Source: Diadema antillarum (taxonomy: Eukaryota). From it: DNA of 64,000 nt. Positions 1 to 11,946 of this stretch are shown here, one piece after another. The position numbers and the translations under genes are program-made. Numbering within the stretch: the stretch's first letter is position 1; every line of letters begins with the position of its first letter. Under the pieces are notes generated by a model. That model did not search any database and was not told the DNA's origin. It worked only from the letters and a program-made list of their open reading frames with translations. The stretch lies in NCBI RefSeq assembly GCF_040938485.1, contig NW_027270912.1, positions 682,001-746,000 of the forward strand. The letters run 5' to 3'.

Positions 1-487
1 CTTGAACACAGTGCCTCATCTCTCACCCCATACGAATCATTGTACCACTGCACTCATGACCGATCACTATCTACATACTGGCTCCCTCTCTTGTACATTG
101 AAAAAGTTAAAAACTCACTCCACTCTTTTGACAATGGAAAATGCAATACTGCATAGCACCAATCAGGTTGTACCTGTAGCTTGTTTGTTGTTACTGTTAC
201 CAGTACATCTGATCAAGTTTAGCCAGAAAATGATTATATAAGTGTCCCATAACCACAAAAAAATAGAATTAACAAAACAAAACAAAGTCCCTAATAGACT
301 GTTATTTGCTCGGAAAGCTCAGTATAATGAATAACTAAAACCTGCATTCCAAGGAATTCAGCAGTAAATTTAGGACTTTGTCACAATGTTATCCTGTGCA
401 GATCTGTTCCTCATTTCCATGACTTCCAAAACCTGTTTATATTTCAGACATATATCAAAATGATCACAGGGTGCATGGTTCATGAAC

Positions 488-537
<50 letters not shown>
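488..537. repeat. (CA)n microsatellite
   Basis: Uninterrupted CA repeats. Confidence 0.95.
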
Positions 538-539
<2 letters not shown>

Positions 540-548
540 TGGTACTGG

Positions 549-1198
549 CTATAGGCCCAATTCATGGAGATAACTATTTCTCTCGTAATTACACATGCAG
601 TACGGAGGGTTGCAACAAGGCGTGAGGGTCTTGCTCAAGTCTCTCACAAACTGGGGCTCCCCTTTCACCAGGCTCCTCTGATGCTCTGCTACGATCTTGG
701 CGATCTCTTCCAGCATCTTGGCATACTTGCGTGCTGGAAGGGGAGCGAGTTCTGCTGGGTCGACTCCGATGTTGTACAACAGGGGAGGATCATGGGCCTT
801 GGAAAAGGGAGGGTCGCAGCTCAAGCCTGTGTGGTGGTGTCCACCCTTGGGAGTCCACTCCTCCAGGCAAACGTCTGCAAAGCCCTGCGGCGTCGGCATT
901 GGCTTGGTGAAAAAGTGGGCCTTGAAATCCCCCAGGGTGACTGCCATGAGCCTGTCGTTGCAGTAGTGGAAGAGGACTGACCGCGGCGAGTCAGACCCAT
1001 TGGTCAATACGGACAACGCGCTCTGCGAGTCCATGATGCGATCGTCCGGGACCTTCCCACCGGCAAGCTCTGCCAGCGTGGCATAGAGGTCCATGCTGCT
1101 CATCAAGGTACCAGAGTGGACGCCTGGAGGTATGGTGCCTGGCCATCTGGCAATGGCTGGCACACGCACACCACCCTCCCAGGTTGTTATCTTGCCTC
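549..1198 (-). CDS. ARS: Arylsulfatase exon 7 (terminal)
   Basis: CAG acceptor at 1199-1201, TAG at 549-551. Encodes GKITTWEGGVRVPAIARWPG...HDPPLLY...PCCNPPYCMCNY. The seven exons sum to 1572 nt, or 523 aa plus stop. Confidence 0.95.
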
Positions 1199-1757
1199 CT
1201 GGAGAGATAATCAAAGGTAAAACATAGTTTCCATATGCCTGCAGAAACTGTTCATTTTTTGCTCTGAAATAGGTACATATGTATAAGAAGTGTGTGAAAT
1301 AGGGCTGTGACAACACAATTCTACTTGGGTGATGACAAAAGTGTGTACGGTGACAGCAGGCCCTATTGCTATGTGAGAACATATCTAATCATGTTTGCTA
1401 TGCAATGGTTTATAATCAATTATTGCCAAATCGCACCATAGCAGAATTCATTGATCTTATGTGCAAGAGTGACTCGCATGCAGCTTGTTGGGAAATGTAT
1501 TTGCCTGCATTACGCAGTATAGCTGGCAAATATTGTTTAGACGGCATAAGTGTGAACACTTAATTGTTTTCAGGCATGCATGACGGAATGCATTGTATCC
1601 ATCATGCGAGTGGAGGGAAATTTGAATATGAAAGAGGATAGATGCCTGTGTAGGGAGCGGTGAGGAAGAAGAGGCATTCTAGCCTTGCACTCCATTGCTA
1701 GCACGTTCGAATTTTAGGCCTCTCACAATGTACCTTCGTTTTACGTGATTTCCCAAT

Positions 1758-4507
1758 ATGGATGCAGCCAGGATAGCCGACATGATTGACTCTAAAGTCA
1801 ATCAGAGCCAAAACCGTCTTTTATCAGACCTCGATAATTTAATTTCAAACAGACTGAGCAATTTTCAGCAATCTTTGAATGAATCCCAGAAAGCTCTCAG
1901 TGACGCGCAAGTAGCCAAAATTGAAGAAATGCATACTGACAACTACAAATTTCAACGCAAGGGCAACGAGGAGCAATTCAAAATCAACATCAAAGTTCAG
2001 AGGAAGTTGAGGGAAGCAGAACAGATTCTGAAAGAAGAAACCGACATTACAACATCCGTTGCGACGCGAAAGCAAAAATCGCGGAAGGTATTGACATTAT
2101 AGACAAACGGCAAAAGCTAATCAAAATGGCCGATAGTTCACCCTTGGGGTGGAAGATGGTAGCAGAGTATGAGAAGAACTCTTTAGCCGACAATTCCGAT
2201 GACGAAAAGCGGATGTTCAAAGCAGAGGCTAGAGCCGAGAGGAAAGCGAAAAAAGTCAAAAAGCAGTGGGAACCAAGGCGATTCCAACCATACGCCATGA
2301 ACCGATCACCATGGAGGCCGATTCAGACTAGCGCCAAAGACCAAGAATTTCACGCTTCAACCAGCCGCGGAGGAGTAGATGAACGCAAGAGGCCGGGGCT
2401 TTGTTTCGCCTGCGGTAAACCCGGTCACTGGAAGGCTGACTGTCAAGCAAGAGGCAACAAATCCGACCAGATAAGTGGATCAGAATTTATTTACGTAGAT
2501 AAAGAGAATGACACAGAGTCTAAGTTAGAATCGATAGAAAGGGATCAATTAGATAGTACAACTGATTTGAAGTCACTGCCCAAAAATAGTGGCAACAAGA
2601 TCAATGTGTCCCCTGTTGTGAGATTGAAACAAAATGTGAATAAGTGGGCCGATTTTGGGGCCAGTAGGGAAATCTTGGATATTATTGAGAATGGCTACAA
2701 ATTGCCTTTGCACACATTGCCTGATAGTAAAGAGCTTCGTAATAATAGATCCGCCTTAAATCATGGCATGTTTGTGGAAGAGGAGATTGGAAGGTTATTG
2801 GAGAAGGGTTGTGTGACAGAAGTTAAATCAAGGCCCACTGTTGTGAATCCTTTGACAGTTTCTGAGAATAAGGACAAATGTAGGCTTGTCTTGGACTGCA
2901 GACACATTAATCCACATTTGTTCAAGCAAAAGTTTAAATATGAAGATACATCAGTGGCGAAGGATGTGTTCGAAGAAGGGGATCATGTGTTCACATTTGA
3001 TCTTAAATCTGCATACCATCACGTAGAGATTTTTGAACCACACAGAGAGTACTTAGGATTTTCGTGGTGTTTTGAAGGTTAAACAAGGTATATCGTGTTT
3101 AATGTGTTACCATTTGGAATTTCCACAGCGGGTTATGTTTTCACAAAAATAACACGGGTTCCAGTTACCTACTGGAGAGCACAAGTGAAAAAGATTGTTA
3201 TGTTTCTAGACGACGGGATTGCGGGATGCAGTGATAAGACAGAGGCGATAAAGATGAGTGGGTCAATCAAATCAGAATTGAACGAATTGGATTTCCTTTT
3301 AGCCGACGAAAAGTGCGAGTGGGAACCTAGCAGTAACGCAACCTGGCTAGGATTGGATTGGAACTTTAGATCTGGAGTAGTTCATGTAACGGACCGCAGG
3401 ATACAAAAATTGAAAAAGTCAGTCGAAAGTATTTTGACCAAAGTGAACATAGGTAACAGGCTGGTTTTGGTACGCGAACTAGCAAGTGTTGCTGGGCAAA
3501 TCATTTCCACTCAACCCGCAGTCGGGTTGGTAATTCAGTTGAAAACGAGAGAAATATTTAAGTGCATTAACAGCAGGGCTTCGTGGAATGCCCCAGTGCT
3601 GGTTTCTGATGAGGCGGTATCAGAGTTTATGTTTTGGTATAAGAACATAGAACGGGTGAATGGCATCCCTATGACATTCGTGAAACCATGTAACGCTACT
3701 TTGTTTACAGATGCGTCGGCCACTGGGTACGGCGCCTATGTATGTGAAGATCCCAATCTGGAATTGGTTGGTTTCTGGAAAGAACAAGAAAAAGAGTATA
3801 GCTCTTCGTGGAGAGAAATTGAAGCTCTGAGCAGAGCACTAAAATCGTTTGGTTTGTGCCTGGAAGGGCAGAGTATCCGTTGGTTTACGGATAATAGAAA
3901 TGTCACAAGAACTGTCCAGAAAGGAAGTAGAAGTCGGCAATTACAGAGCATTGCCCTCGAAATTCATGAAACTTGTGAAAAGTTTGGTTTAACCATAATT
4001 CCGGTTTGGATTCCTAGAGAACAGAATACACGAGCTGATAACCTCAGTAAAATTGTAGACAGTGACGATTGGTATATAAGTCCAAATGTATTTGGATACC
4101 TGGATTGCAGATGGGGGCCACATACAGTAGACAGATTTGCATGTGATTATAACTCACAGTGTAGAAGGTTTAATTCCAGATGGGGATGTCCAAATTCAGA
4201 AGGGGTAGACGCATTTAAACAGGTCTGGAGTGACGATATTAATTGGTGGGTGCCGCCACCGCGGCTGGCAGCCCGGGTGATTGATAAGGCAGTACAAGAA
4301 TGTGCCAATGGTACCCTAGCTGTGCCGCAGTGGAAATCAGCTCCATTTTGGCCAAAAATTTCAAAAGGAGGCAAATTTGCATCTTTCATTGAGAATTCAT
4401 TTATGTTTTCCTCAAAGGAAGTAAAGAAAGGAAAGGGTAACAATGGCATTTTTGGTTCTTCGAGAACAACAGATTTTACTTTCATCGCATTGAAATTACG
4501 TTTTTGA
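1758..4507 (+). pseudogene. gag-RT-RNaseH-MT polyprotein of the YR retrotransposon, broken by a frameshift (about 2060-2070) and a premature TAA (3080-3082)
   Basis: CCHC knuckle CFACGKPGHWKADC. RT motifs RLVLDCR, FDLKSAYHH, LPFG, FLDD. RNase H motifs FTDAS, REIEAL, TDN, WIPREQNTRADNLSK. DIRS-type MT region DRFA...FNSR...VDAF...NWWVPP...VPQW. ORFs 2126-3082 and 3095-4507 share one frame. Confidence 0.9.
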
Positions 4508-4613
4508 TCTTGTTTATCGCATCGCGACAGGTCTAGGACTATCAGCTGCGATCACAGATGAGATCAAGGCATCCGGAACGCAGACAAGGAATCTTCTAAA
4601 TTTAGCCGGCAGC

Positions 4614-5540
4614 ATGGCATCTCATTTAGTGCAGTCCAGGAGCGATGGCACCTCAAACAAGTATTACTCATCTTTTCGTAAATGGGAAGCGTTTATCACC
4701 TCAGAGGGCAGTAGAGCGATTCCTGCAGAGCCCATACACGTTGCACTGTACTTGACGAGTCTGATCGACGAGGGAAAGTCACCTAGCGTTGTTCAAAGCG
4801 CCATGTATGCCATCAAATGGGCCCACAGTATGAGGGGTCTAGATGATCCTACGACCAATAGGTTTGTGTTAAATTTGATCGAAGCAGCAAAAAGGAAGAA
4901 TTACAAAAAAGTATCCAAGAAGGATATTTTGTCAAATGAACAACTTGTGCGCCTTTGTGACAATCACAGTGACACCCATGACATTCTGATTCTTCGCGAT
5001 TTAGCGTTCATCGTTCTTTGTTTTAGTGGATTTTCTAGGTTCAACGAAGCTCGTTCCTTGAAGTGTAACGATATTACTTTTCATGATAATTACATGTCTG
5101 TGTACGTTTCGAAAAGTAAGACCGATCAATTCAGGAAGGGAGATGAAGTAGTCATCAGCAAAGGTCTGACAAATGCATGCCCCATGAGAATTTTGAAACG
5201 TTATATGGAGTGTGCAAAAATTGACCCAAAGTCGAGTCATTTTCTGTTCAAACCTGCATACGCCAATAAAGGCAAAGTGTTTTTGATACATAAAAATAAG
5301 TCCATGAGTTACACAAGAACACGCGAGATGGTTGTAGCTCGTCTGAAAGAGGTCGGCGAAGGCTTGAATTTGGGTCTTCACTCAGTGAGAGCCAGTGGGG
5401 CCACGGCTGCTGCCAGGGCCAAAGTGAAGGACAGAATTTGGAAAAGACACGGTAGATGGAAAGGAGACAGGGCCAAAGACGGCTATATAGAGGATAGTCT
5501 GGAAGAAAGACTATCAGTCACTCAGGCGTTACATTTGTAA
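4614..5540 (+). CDS. Tyrosine recombinase of the retrotransposon (open frame)
   Basis: 308 aa with an integrase N-terminal region and catalytic residues R (SRFNE), K (SKTDQ), HxxR (HSVR), H/W (HGRW) and Y (DGY). The true start may lie further upstream. Confidence 0.9.
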   Translation: MASHLVQSRSDGTSNKYYSSFRKWEAFITSEGSRAIPAEPIHVALYLTSLIDEGKSPSVVQSAMYAIKWAHSMRGLDDPTTNRFVLNLIEAAKRKNYKKVSKKDILSNEQLVRLCDNHSDTHDILILRDLAFIVLCFSGFSRFNEARSLKCNDITFHDNYMSVYVSKSKTDQFRKGDEVVISKGLTNACPMRILKRYMECAKIDPKSSHFLFKPAYANKGKVFLIHKNKSMSYTRTREMVVARLKEVGEGLNLGLHSVRASGATAAARAKVKDRIWKRHGRWKGDRAKDGYIEDSLEERLSVTQALHL

Positions 5541-6080
5541 ATAAACGGTAGTTGTATGAGGCAGAGCATAGGTCATTATGTAATTGAGATATAAACATAC
5601 AGTTATGCAGGAGATTTAAATTTCTCACCTTGTTCAGAAAATACAAGTAAAATATTTATATTCTGGCTCATTTGAAAACTGGGGGCATTAAGATTGTTTA
5701 TTGGAGACATAATGTGAACTTTCATACGATTTTTGTCGCCCTTGATACGTTTTTGATACGTTTTATGAAACATTACTAGAAATTGTTTGAGGAATGATCA
5801 TGTTTCATAGCATCGGATCTTGGCATTTTGGAAAATTATGACCCGGAAAATGCCCTTCTTTGTGGTAGTCATTCTAGTAGCTCGGCAGGCTATATCCCAA
5901 AATATTGGATTGAGTATATTTTGTGGTGTCATTATGTGACCTAGTAAGGTGAAGGCTGTTAAAATGAGTTGATGATGGGTGGGCAGTGTTTTGAACGATA
6001 GAGTGATGAACATGAATTTGCCTGCGTTACGCAGTATAGCTGGCAAATATTGTTTAGACGGCATAAGTGTGAACACTTAA

Positions 6081-6650
6081 AGGACAAGTTCACCTTCATA
6101 AACATAAGGATTGAGAGAATGTAGCAATATTAGTAGAACACATCATTGAAAGTTTGAGGAAAATCAGACAATCCGTTCAAAAGTTATGAATTTTTGAAGT
6201 TTTTGTGCAGTAACCGATGGATGAGAAGACTACTGCAGTGTATGAATAACTTAGATGTCACATGCGTACAACAATATAAGGAAAATATAAAGAGAATTTC
6301 ACAAAATTCCATCTTTTGAAAAAAGTACACATACCCCTGACTCGTTACCGACAAATGTTATTGGTAATATTATTCCCCTTGCCTTTAGAAAAAGGCAAGT
6401 CAAGTGCTCTTTTATTATGCGAAAAAAAAAGAAGATATGTTGAATTTTCTTTTACATTTTCTTTATATTGTTGTACGCATATGACTCACAAGCTGTAGTA
6501 GTCTCCTCATCCAGCGGTTCCAACACAAAAATTTTAAAAATTCATAACTTTTGCATCGATTGTCCAATTTTCCTCAAACTTTCACTGATGTGTTCTACTA
6601 ATATTGTTGCATTCTCTCAATCCTTATGTCTATGAAGGTGAACTTGTCCT
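6081..6650. mobile_element. Kolobok-type MITE (570 bp) inserted in repeat A2
   Basis: Long TIRs AGGACAAGTTCACCTTCATA.../...TATGAAGGTGAACTTGTCCT. TTAA duplicated at 6077-6080 and 6651-6654. A single TTAA sits at the matching position in A1 (1560-1563). Confidence 0.9.
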
Positions 6651-7328
6651 TTAATTGTTTTCAGGCATGCATGACGCAATGCATTGTATCCGTCATGCGA
6701 GTGGAGGGAAATTTGAATATGAAAGAGGATAGATGCCTGTGTAGGGAGCGGTGAGGAAGAAGAGGCATTCTAGCCTTGCACTCCATTGCTAGCACGTTCG
6801 AATTTATAAATTCATTAGAAACATACCAAATTGATGTTTATGCTTACGACTGTGGTCTCAGCCATAGCCATAGGGTTTTTCCAGAGTTTTGCGCTTATTA
6901 AGTTTTATCTCTGGTTTTTCACCCCGGGCTATTTCGCTAATTAGTCCTGTTATATCTTGTTATATCTATTTCTAAAGAAATCGGGATCCGTGTCAGAAGA
7001 TCGATATGCATATGAAGTATGTCAAGACATATTATACATATGCAATTAATTTCATTATGTTGCTCTTAACAATAAAAGATATCTCTTAATAAAGGCCAGT
7101 TCTTCGTGCTAGTAGCTCCGCAAGCTATATCCCAAAATATTGGATTGAGTATATCTTGTGGTGTCATTATGTGACCTAGCAGGGTGAAGGCTGTTAAAAT
7201 AAGTGGATGATGGGTGGGCAGTGTTTTGAACGATAGAGTGATGAACATATGATTGTTAGGGCACGATAGATCATCATGTAACCTTCTACCTACCCACAAT
7301 GCTGAACAAGAAGGGCTCTTTAGAAATT

Positions 7329-8467
7329 AACTAGAAATGTCGCTATGGCGACTGGTATGCCTCCGCCATAATGCATGATTCTCCTAATAGGTCTATAGTA
7401 CATGTGGACAATGTGTGATTACATTTTCACAAAATTGGCAAAATATTAACATGACAATGTTTGTCACAAATGTGTTAAATGTTCACCTTCCTTGACCTAA
7501 GTTTAATTGGATGAGTAGGAGAATATGTATTTGGAGATTTAAGGACTTTAACTTGACTTTGACCCATTCATAAGTTTATGCACTGAGTAATTTTCAAGGT
7601 ATGGAGAAAAAGTGCAATTTCTGTATTGAAAAGTAAATTGTTATCATTCTCATCTGGCCTTTGACCCTAAGATTTATAAGAGAATCAGTGTCAGGCAGAA
7701 CATACATAAATATGTACTAAGTTTCAAGATAACTTGAGCCACTTCTGAGATATGGAGAAAGAAGTGATTTCTGCACTTTCACTTGATCTTTGACCTTTTG
7801 ACCTTTGACCTTCTCGGCAAAAAAAAAAAATCTAAGAGAATCTTTATTGGGTTATACATGCATACATCAAGTTAAAAGAAATAATAATAATAATCCTGCT
7901 GGCATTGCATAAATATAAGGGAAATAGTAAAATTTTCAAGTACATGTATTGCCCTTGACCTTTGGCCCCTGACCTTTGAACCCATGAACCCCAAATTCCC
8001 TAGATAATCACTGCCAGTCAGTACATGCATATATACTATGTTCCATGAAGATACCTTGAACAATTATCAAGATACGGAGAAAAAAGTGAAATTTTAACAT
8101 TTTACTTGACCTTTTGACCTTTGACCTCATGACCCCAAACTTTCACCAGAGAATCTTAATTGGGTAATACATGTATACACTAAGTTTCAAGAAAATATCT
8201 TCAGGCATTGCATAGATATGGTGGAAATAGTGAAATTTCAGGTATTTGACCATTACCATTTGACCTTTGACCTTGGGCATGTGCACCCAAAAGTTGATAG
8301 GCACAACTTCACTCCCTAATACACATACATGCCAAGTTTCATTAGGATACCTCAAAAGGTTTTTTAGTTACGCTGTCCACAAAATTCATTACAGACGGAC
8401 AGAAGGACGGACGGATGGACAACCCAAAAACATAATGCCTCCAGCACCACTTCATGGCGGAGGCATA
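7329..8467. mobile_element. Non-autonomous element, probably Helentron/HINE (DINE-1-like)
   Basis: 14-bp subterminal inverted repeats TATGCCTCCGCCAT (7356-7369) and ATGGCGGAGGCATA (8454-8467). A 3' hairpin, a GACG/GACA microsatellite near the 3' end, internal TGACCTTTGACC repeats and an A-rich insertion site. The class assignment is inference. Confidence 0.55.
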
Positions 8468-8732
8468 AAAAAAAAACATATATATATATAATGTCAGTAT
8501 ACTTTAAATGGTGTGATTTCAATGCACTCCAGTTTAATGTACAGTGTTATAATGAAATTCTCATTACAACAACTAAATTTCAGGTCCTAAAATTATTGCC
8601 TTACATATACTTGTATACTTTATTGTTAGGCTATAATGAACTGTTGACATAACAAATGAAAACTGCTGGTCCCAAAGACTTTGTCATAATGACAGTCACC
8701 CGTACTGCATTTCACTGCCATTGCTTCCTTAC

Positions 8733-8897
8733 CTTTGAGAATACCTGGTGACCCTCCTTCTCTACACATCTCAACATGTGGACCATGGTCAGATAGGAAG
8801 ATAGCCAGTGTGTTGTTGTCTAAACCAGCCTCCCTGACTGTTGCAAGGGTTTCCCCGACTGCCCAGGCCATTTCGTTCAATGAGTCACCATAGCGAC
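8733..8897 (-). CDS. ARS: Arylsulfatase exon 6
   Basis: 165 nt. Encodes RYGDSLNEMAWAVGE...NTLAIFLSDHGPH...GILKG, including the SDHG metal-site motif. Confidence 0.95.
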
Positions 8898-9808
8898 CTT
8901 AAAATGGAAGAATGTGGTGACTACAAACATGAACTAATTCTATAATCATGATATATCTTTTTTTTTTTTCCATCTCTGCTTTGTTTTACTATGCTATTTC
9001 TGCATATTTATATACACAGACCTCTGAAGGAAAACACTGCCTGACCATGGACCTGGACGGGACTACCAAAAGTTTGTAAATCAACCAGATGAATAAACTT
9101 CTTATCAATTCACGTCAGATAGTATATGCTGTAACAACACATTTCATTGATGCATAACTTCTGAGCATCACAAATGGAAGTGGAGAGAAAACATAATATT
9201 AGCACATAAAATTAATGGTTATTGTAATTTTACCATAGACACAATCACACCATTCTTGTATCCTGTATGCCTACATAACTTTTTCCTTTTTGTTTGTTTC
9301 AGAGTGAGACTTCCTTAGCAATTCTGCAAGTTTTGGGATGGGTAGAAAGAATATTCTGGAGATATTGCACTCTTGAATGCAGGCAATTACATATTCTCTC
9401 TGATAATTGTGCTAAAATCAAAATTTTCACAGGGGTAAACATCAAGGTGTTCCATGCTCTCTAACCAAGCCCTTTACAGAATTAAGATCCAACTTTTTTT
9501 CCTTCACTTTGTTTTAGATTACAAAGCAATATTCATTTTTAACAGAAAAAAAAGTAAATTCATACACACATACACACAAAAAACAATGACAATATCACAC
9601 ATTTTGAAACCCTGGAAAGGTATGAATACACTCCTGAAAGTGGTGATGATAAAAATAAAGAAGCTCTTTTCCAACTGTACGGCTTCCATTTCCGATCTAC
9701 GCAATATACATCATACTTGGGGGAAAAAAAAAATTGCAACTTGAATAGCTCTCTATACATGTCTAATGCTATATAGGGCCAATGGCATTGACCTTCTGAC
9801 ATCCTGAC

Positions 9809-10031
9809 CTCTTTTGGATGTCCCGCTAAACCAGGGGCTGCTGAACATGTCGGTGTGGAGCTGCGGGAAGGAGAAGTAGAAGAAGAAGGGCTCTTCCCGA
9901 TGGTTGTGGATGAAGGCCTTGGCATCGTCCACCAGTCTCCTGGTCAGGTCGTGGTGCCTGACCGGCTGCTGGACGATGGAGTCATTGTAGTAGAGCAGGC
10001 AGTAGTATCTGTCCGGTGCCGACATGTATAG
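9809..10031 (-). CDS. ARS: Arylsulfatase exon 5
   Basis: 223 nt, acceptor preceded by a C19 tract. Encodes LYMSAPDRYYCLLYYND...EPFFFYFSFPQLHTDMF...SKR. Confidence 0.92.
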
Positions 10032-10935
10032 CTGTGGGGGGGGGGGGGGGGGGGAGACAAACATAGAATTAGCCAGTTTGGGGTTCCACTATGCACATGA
10101 GCAGAAAAAGGTCATTTGAACTAACAGGGCATCTTGGTATCTAAATTCACTGCATATGTGATGTAATGTTTATTCAGGTAATCCTTATAAATGGTACTTG
10201 CAAGCACATCCACCTGACAGCAAAAGTAGAATTTGGCAGTACCAACTGAAAAAGACTGCTAATACACTCAGTACCGGTACAAAATAATGAAATGGGTGCT
10301 TTCAAAAGTATTAATTGATGGTCTATCCTGGTCAACTGGTCGACACAAGTTCAGCCTTTGTTTGAACATGACTGATGAATTAATAAATTGTTACGTTGGA
10401 CAAGCCTTAACATTATGTCGCATTGCAAACAAGTGAAGTGTCCAACCAAATGAAAAAAAAAGAAGTAAGGTTATTTGTTCCCCTGTGCACATGAGCTATC
10501 TGCAAACCGACTTTAAAAAAAGAACATAACCAAAATTAGTTTTGGCAAGGTTTTTTTAATGCTTGGTTGTGATGCTTTGTAGCATATTCATCAAAAGCAC
10601 TGCGGCATCACAATAAGAGTGCGTGGCATGATGTATCAAGTCTCACAACTTCTAGTTAAGTTTCAAAACCTGCATTCATACCCATGGACAAGGATGCCTT
10701 ATCTCAACTGTGCATTTCTCCCTCTTTGTCATTTATGATGGGGATATCACACATGCTTTCAACTTGATGTTTGTGTCAAGGAGCTTTAAGATGGACATGG
10801 GGTGGTGAAAAGTGTGTGCAGGTGCGAGTCAGAGACTACAAATTCTTAAGAGGCTGGACATATCACATGTTTCAAAATTACCTCATAAGATATCTATCTT
10901 TTCTTTTCTTCTTATCACAGATGAAATTTGTTCAC

Positions 10936-11048
10936 CTTGGTCTCATCACATGTCCAGTGATTGGTGAAGGGCATGAGGTGACCCACGAAGTCAAAGCCGT
11001 GGTGGTGAGGTAGATGGTTGCCATCATCGCATTTGAATTCGTTTATTC
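10936..11048 (-). CDS. ARS: Arylsulfatase exon 4
   Basis: 113 nt, phases match both neighbours. Encodes INEFKCDDGNHLPHHHGFDFVGHLMPFTNHWTCDETK. Confidence 0.92.
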
Positions 11049-11214
11049 CTGTTACATACCAAGGGTTGACACCAAAATCTTCATGAAATTGCAATTTGTG
11101 ACATACTTTGCTTGAGTAATTCCATTTTTCCCCCTACTGGTGATTTCGACTGATATTTCCTTGCCTTTAGTTTTCTACACTGATCCAAATCCCAGATGTG
11201 TTATTTCTATGGCC

Positions 11215-11282
11215 TAATGATAATGATAATGATAATGAATAACATTTATATAGCGCTTAATACTGATGTTTCTAAGCGCATC
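11215..11282 (-). repeat. 3' tail of an L2-type LINE or SINE
   Basis: Minus strand reads GCGCTTAG...AAGCGCTATATAAATG followed by (ATC/ATT)n. Confidence 0.5.
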
Positions 11283-11946
11283 AATCCGGGGGGAAAAAAT
11301 ATATATATATTACGTAAAAATAAAATACTCCTACTCCACATTGTCTTTAAATATCAAGCAGATCATTACAGTTTACCTTCTTGATCAGTCACAACCTCCT
11401 CACTCTTCTTCTCTATTTCACAACTTTCTTCCCACCAAATCAAAATCCATCACACAATTATCTGATCACCTCCCATTCTCTGCTTCCCCTCACTTTTATG
11501 GCTACTGCCAATAATTACTCAATGCCAATTCAAATATGAATAAAATATGATAAAATCCAGTGACACACTGGACCCAGCTTGCACCGAGTACTGCATGCAA
11601 CCACTGAATATTCATGATGGTGAAATTATGCACCTCAGACAATAGCAAGCACAGAAGAAAGAGGGGAGGAGGGTCACCACACTTTAACTCCAAATCTATT
11701 GACTAATTATTGGGGGATCACCTCAGAATTTAAGCTCCTTCAATAAACAAGGAAACAGATAGGATTTAATGAAAGTATAGAAGACATATAACTTAGTATG
11801 TCTTCACAAAATTGTGCCACCTCTTAGATTTGTTGATCAATAACTTGAATTGCCTGAAATAGAAAAGTCAGCAATGCCACAGGAATTCACTTGTGTTTCT
11901 CTCTGTTAAAGCCATTGTCATTTGTCTGTTTGCCTTCAATACTTAC

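Larger units (their letters stand above)
1499..7248 (+). mobile_element. Tyrosine-recombinase retrotransposon with split direct repeats (PAT/Ngaro-like, DIRS order), disabled, antisense within ARS intron 6
   Basis: A1 1499-1714 matches A2 6016-6805 (216 bp once the MITE is removed). B1 5874-6013 matches B2 7109-7248. The order A1-ORFs-B1-A2-B2 flanks gag, RT, RNase H, a methyltransferase-like domain and a YR. No TSD is seen. Confidence 0.93.

Noticed and set aside
564-980. Plus-strand ORFs opposite ARS, TBCC, peripherin and YR exons
   Set aside because: They are antisense or alternative-frame shadows of GC-rich coding exons.
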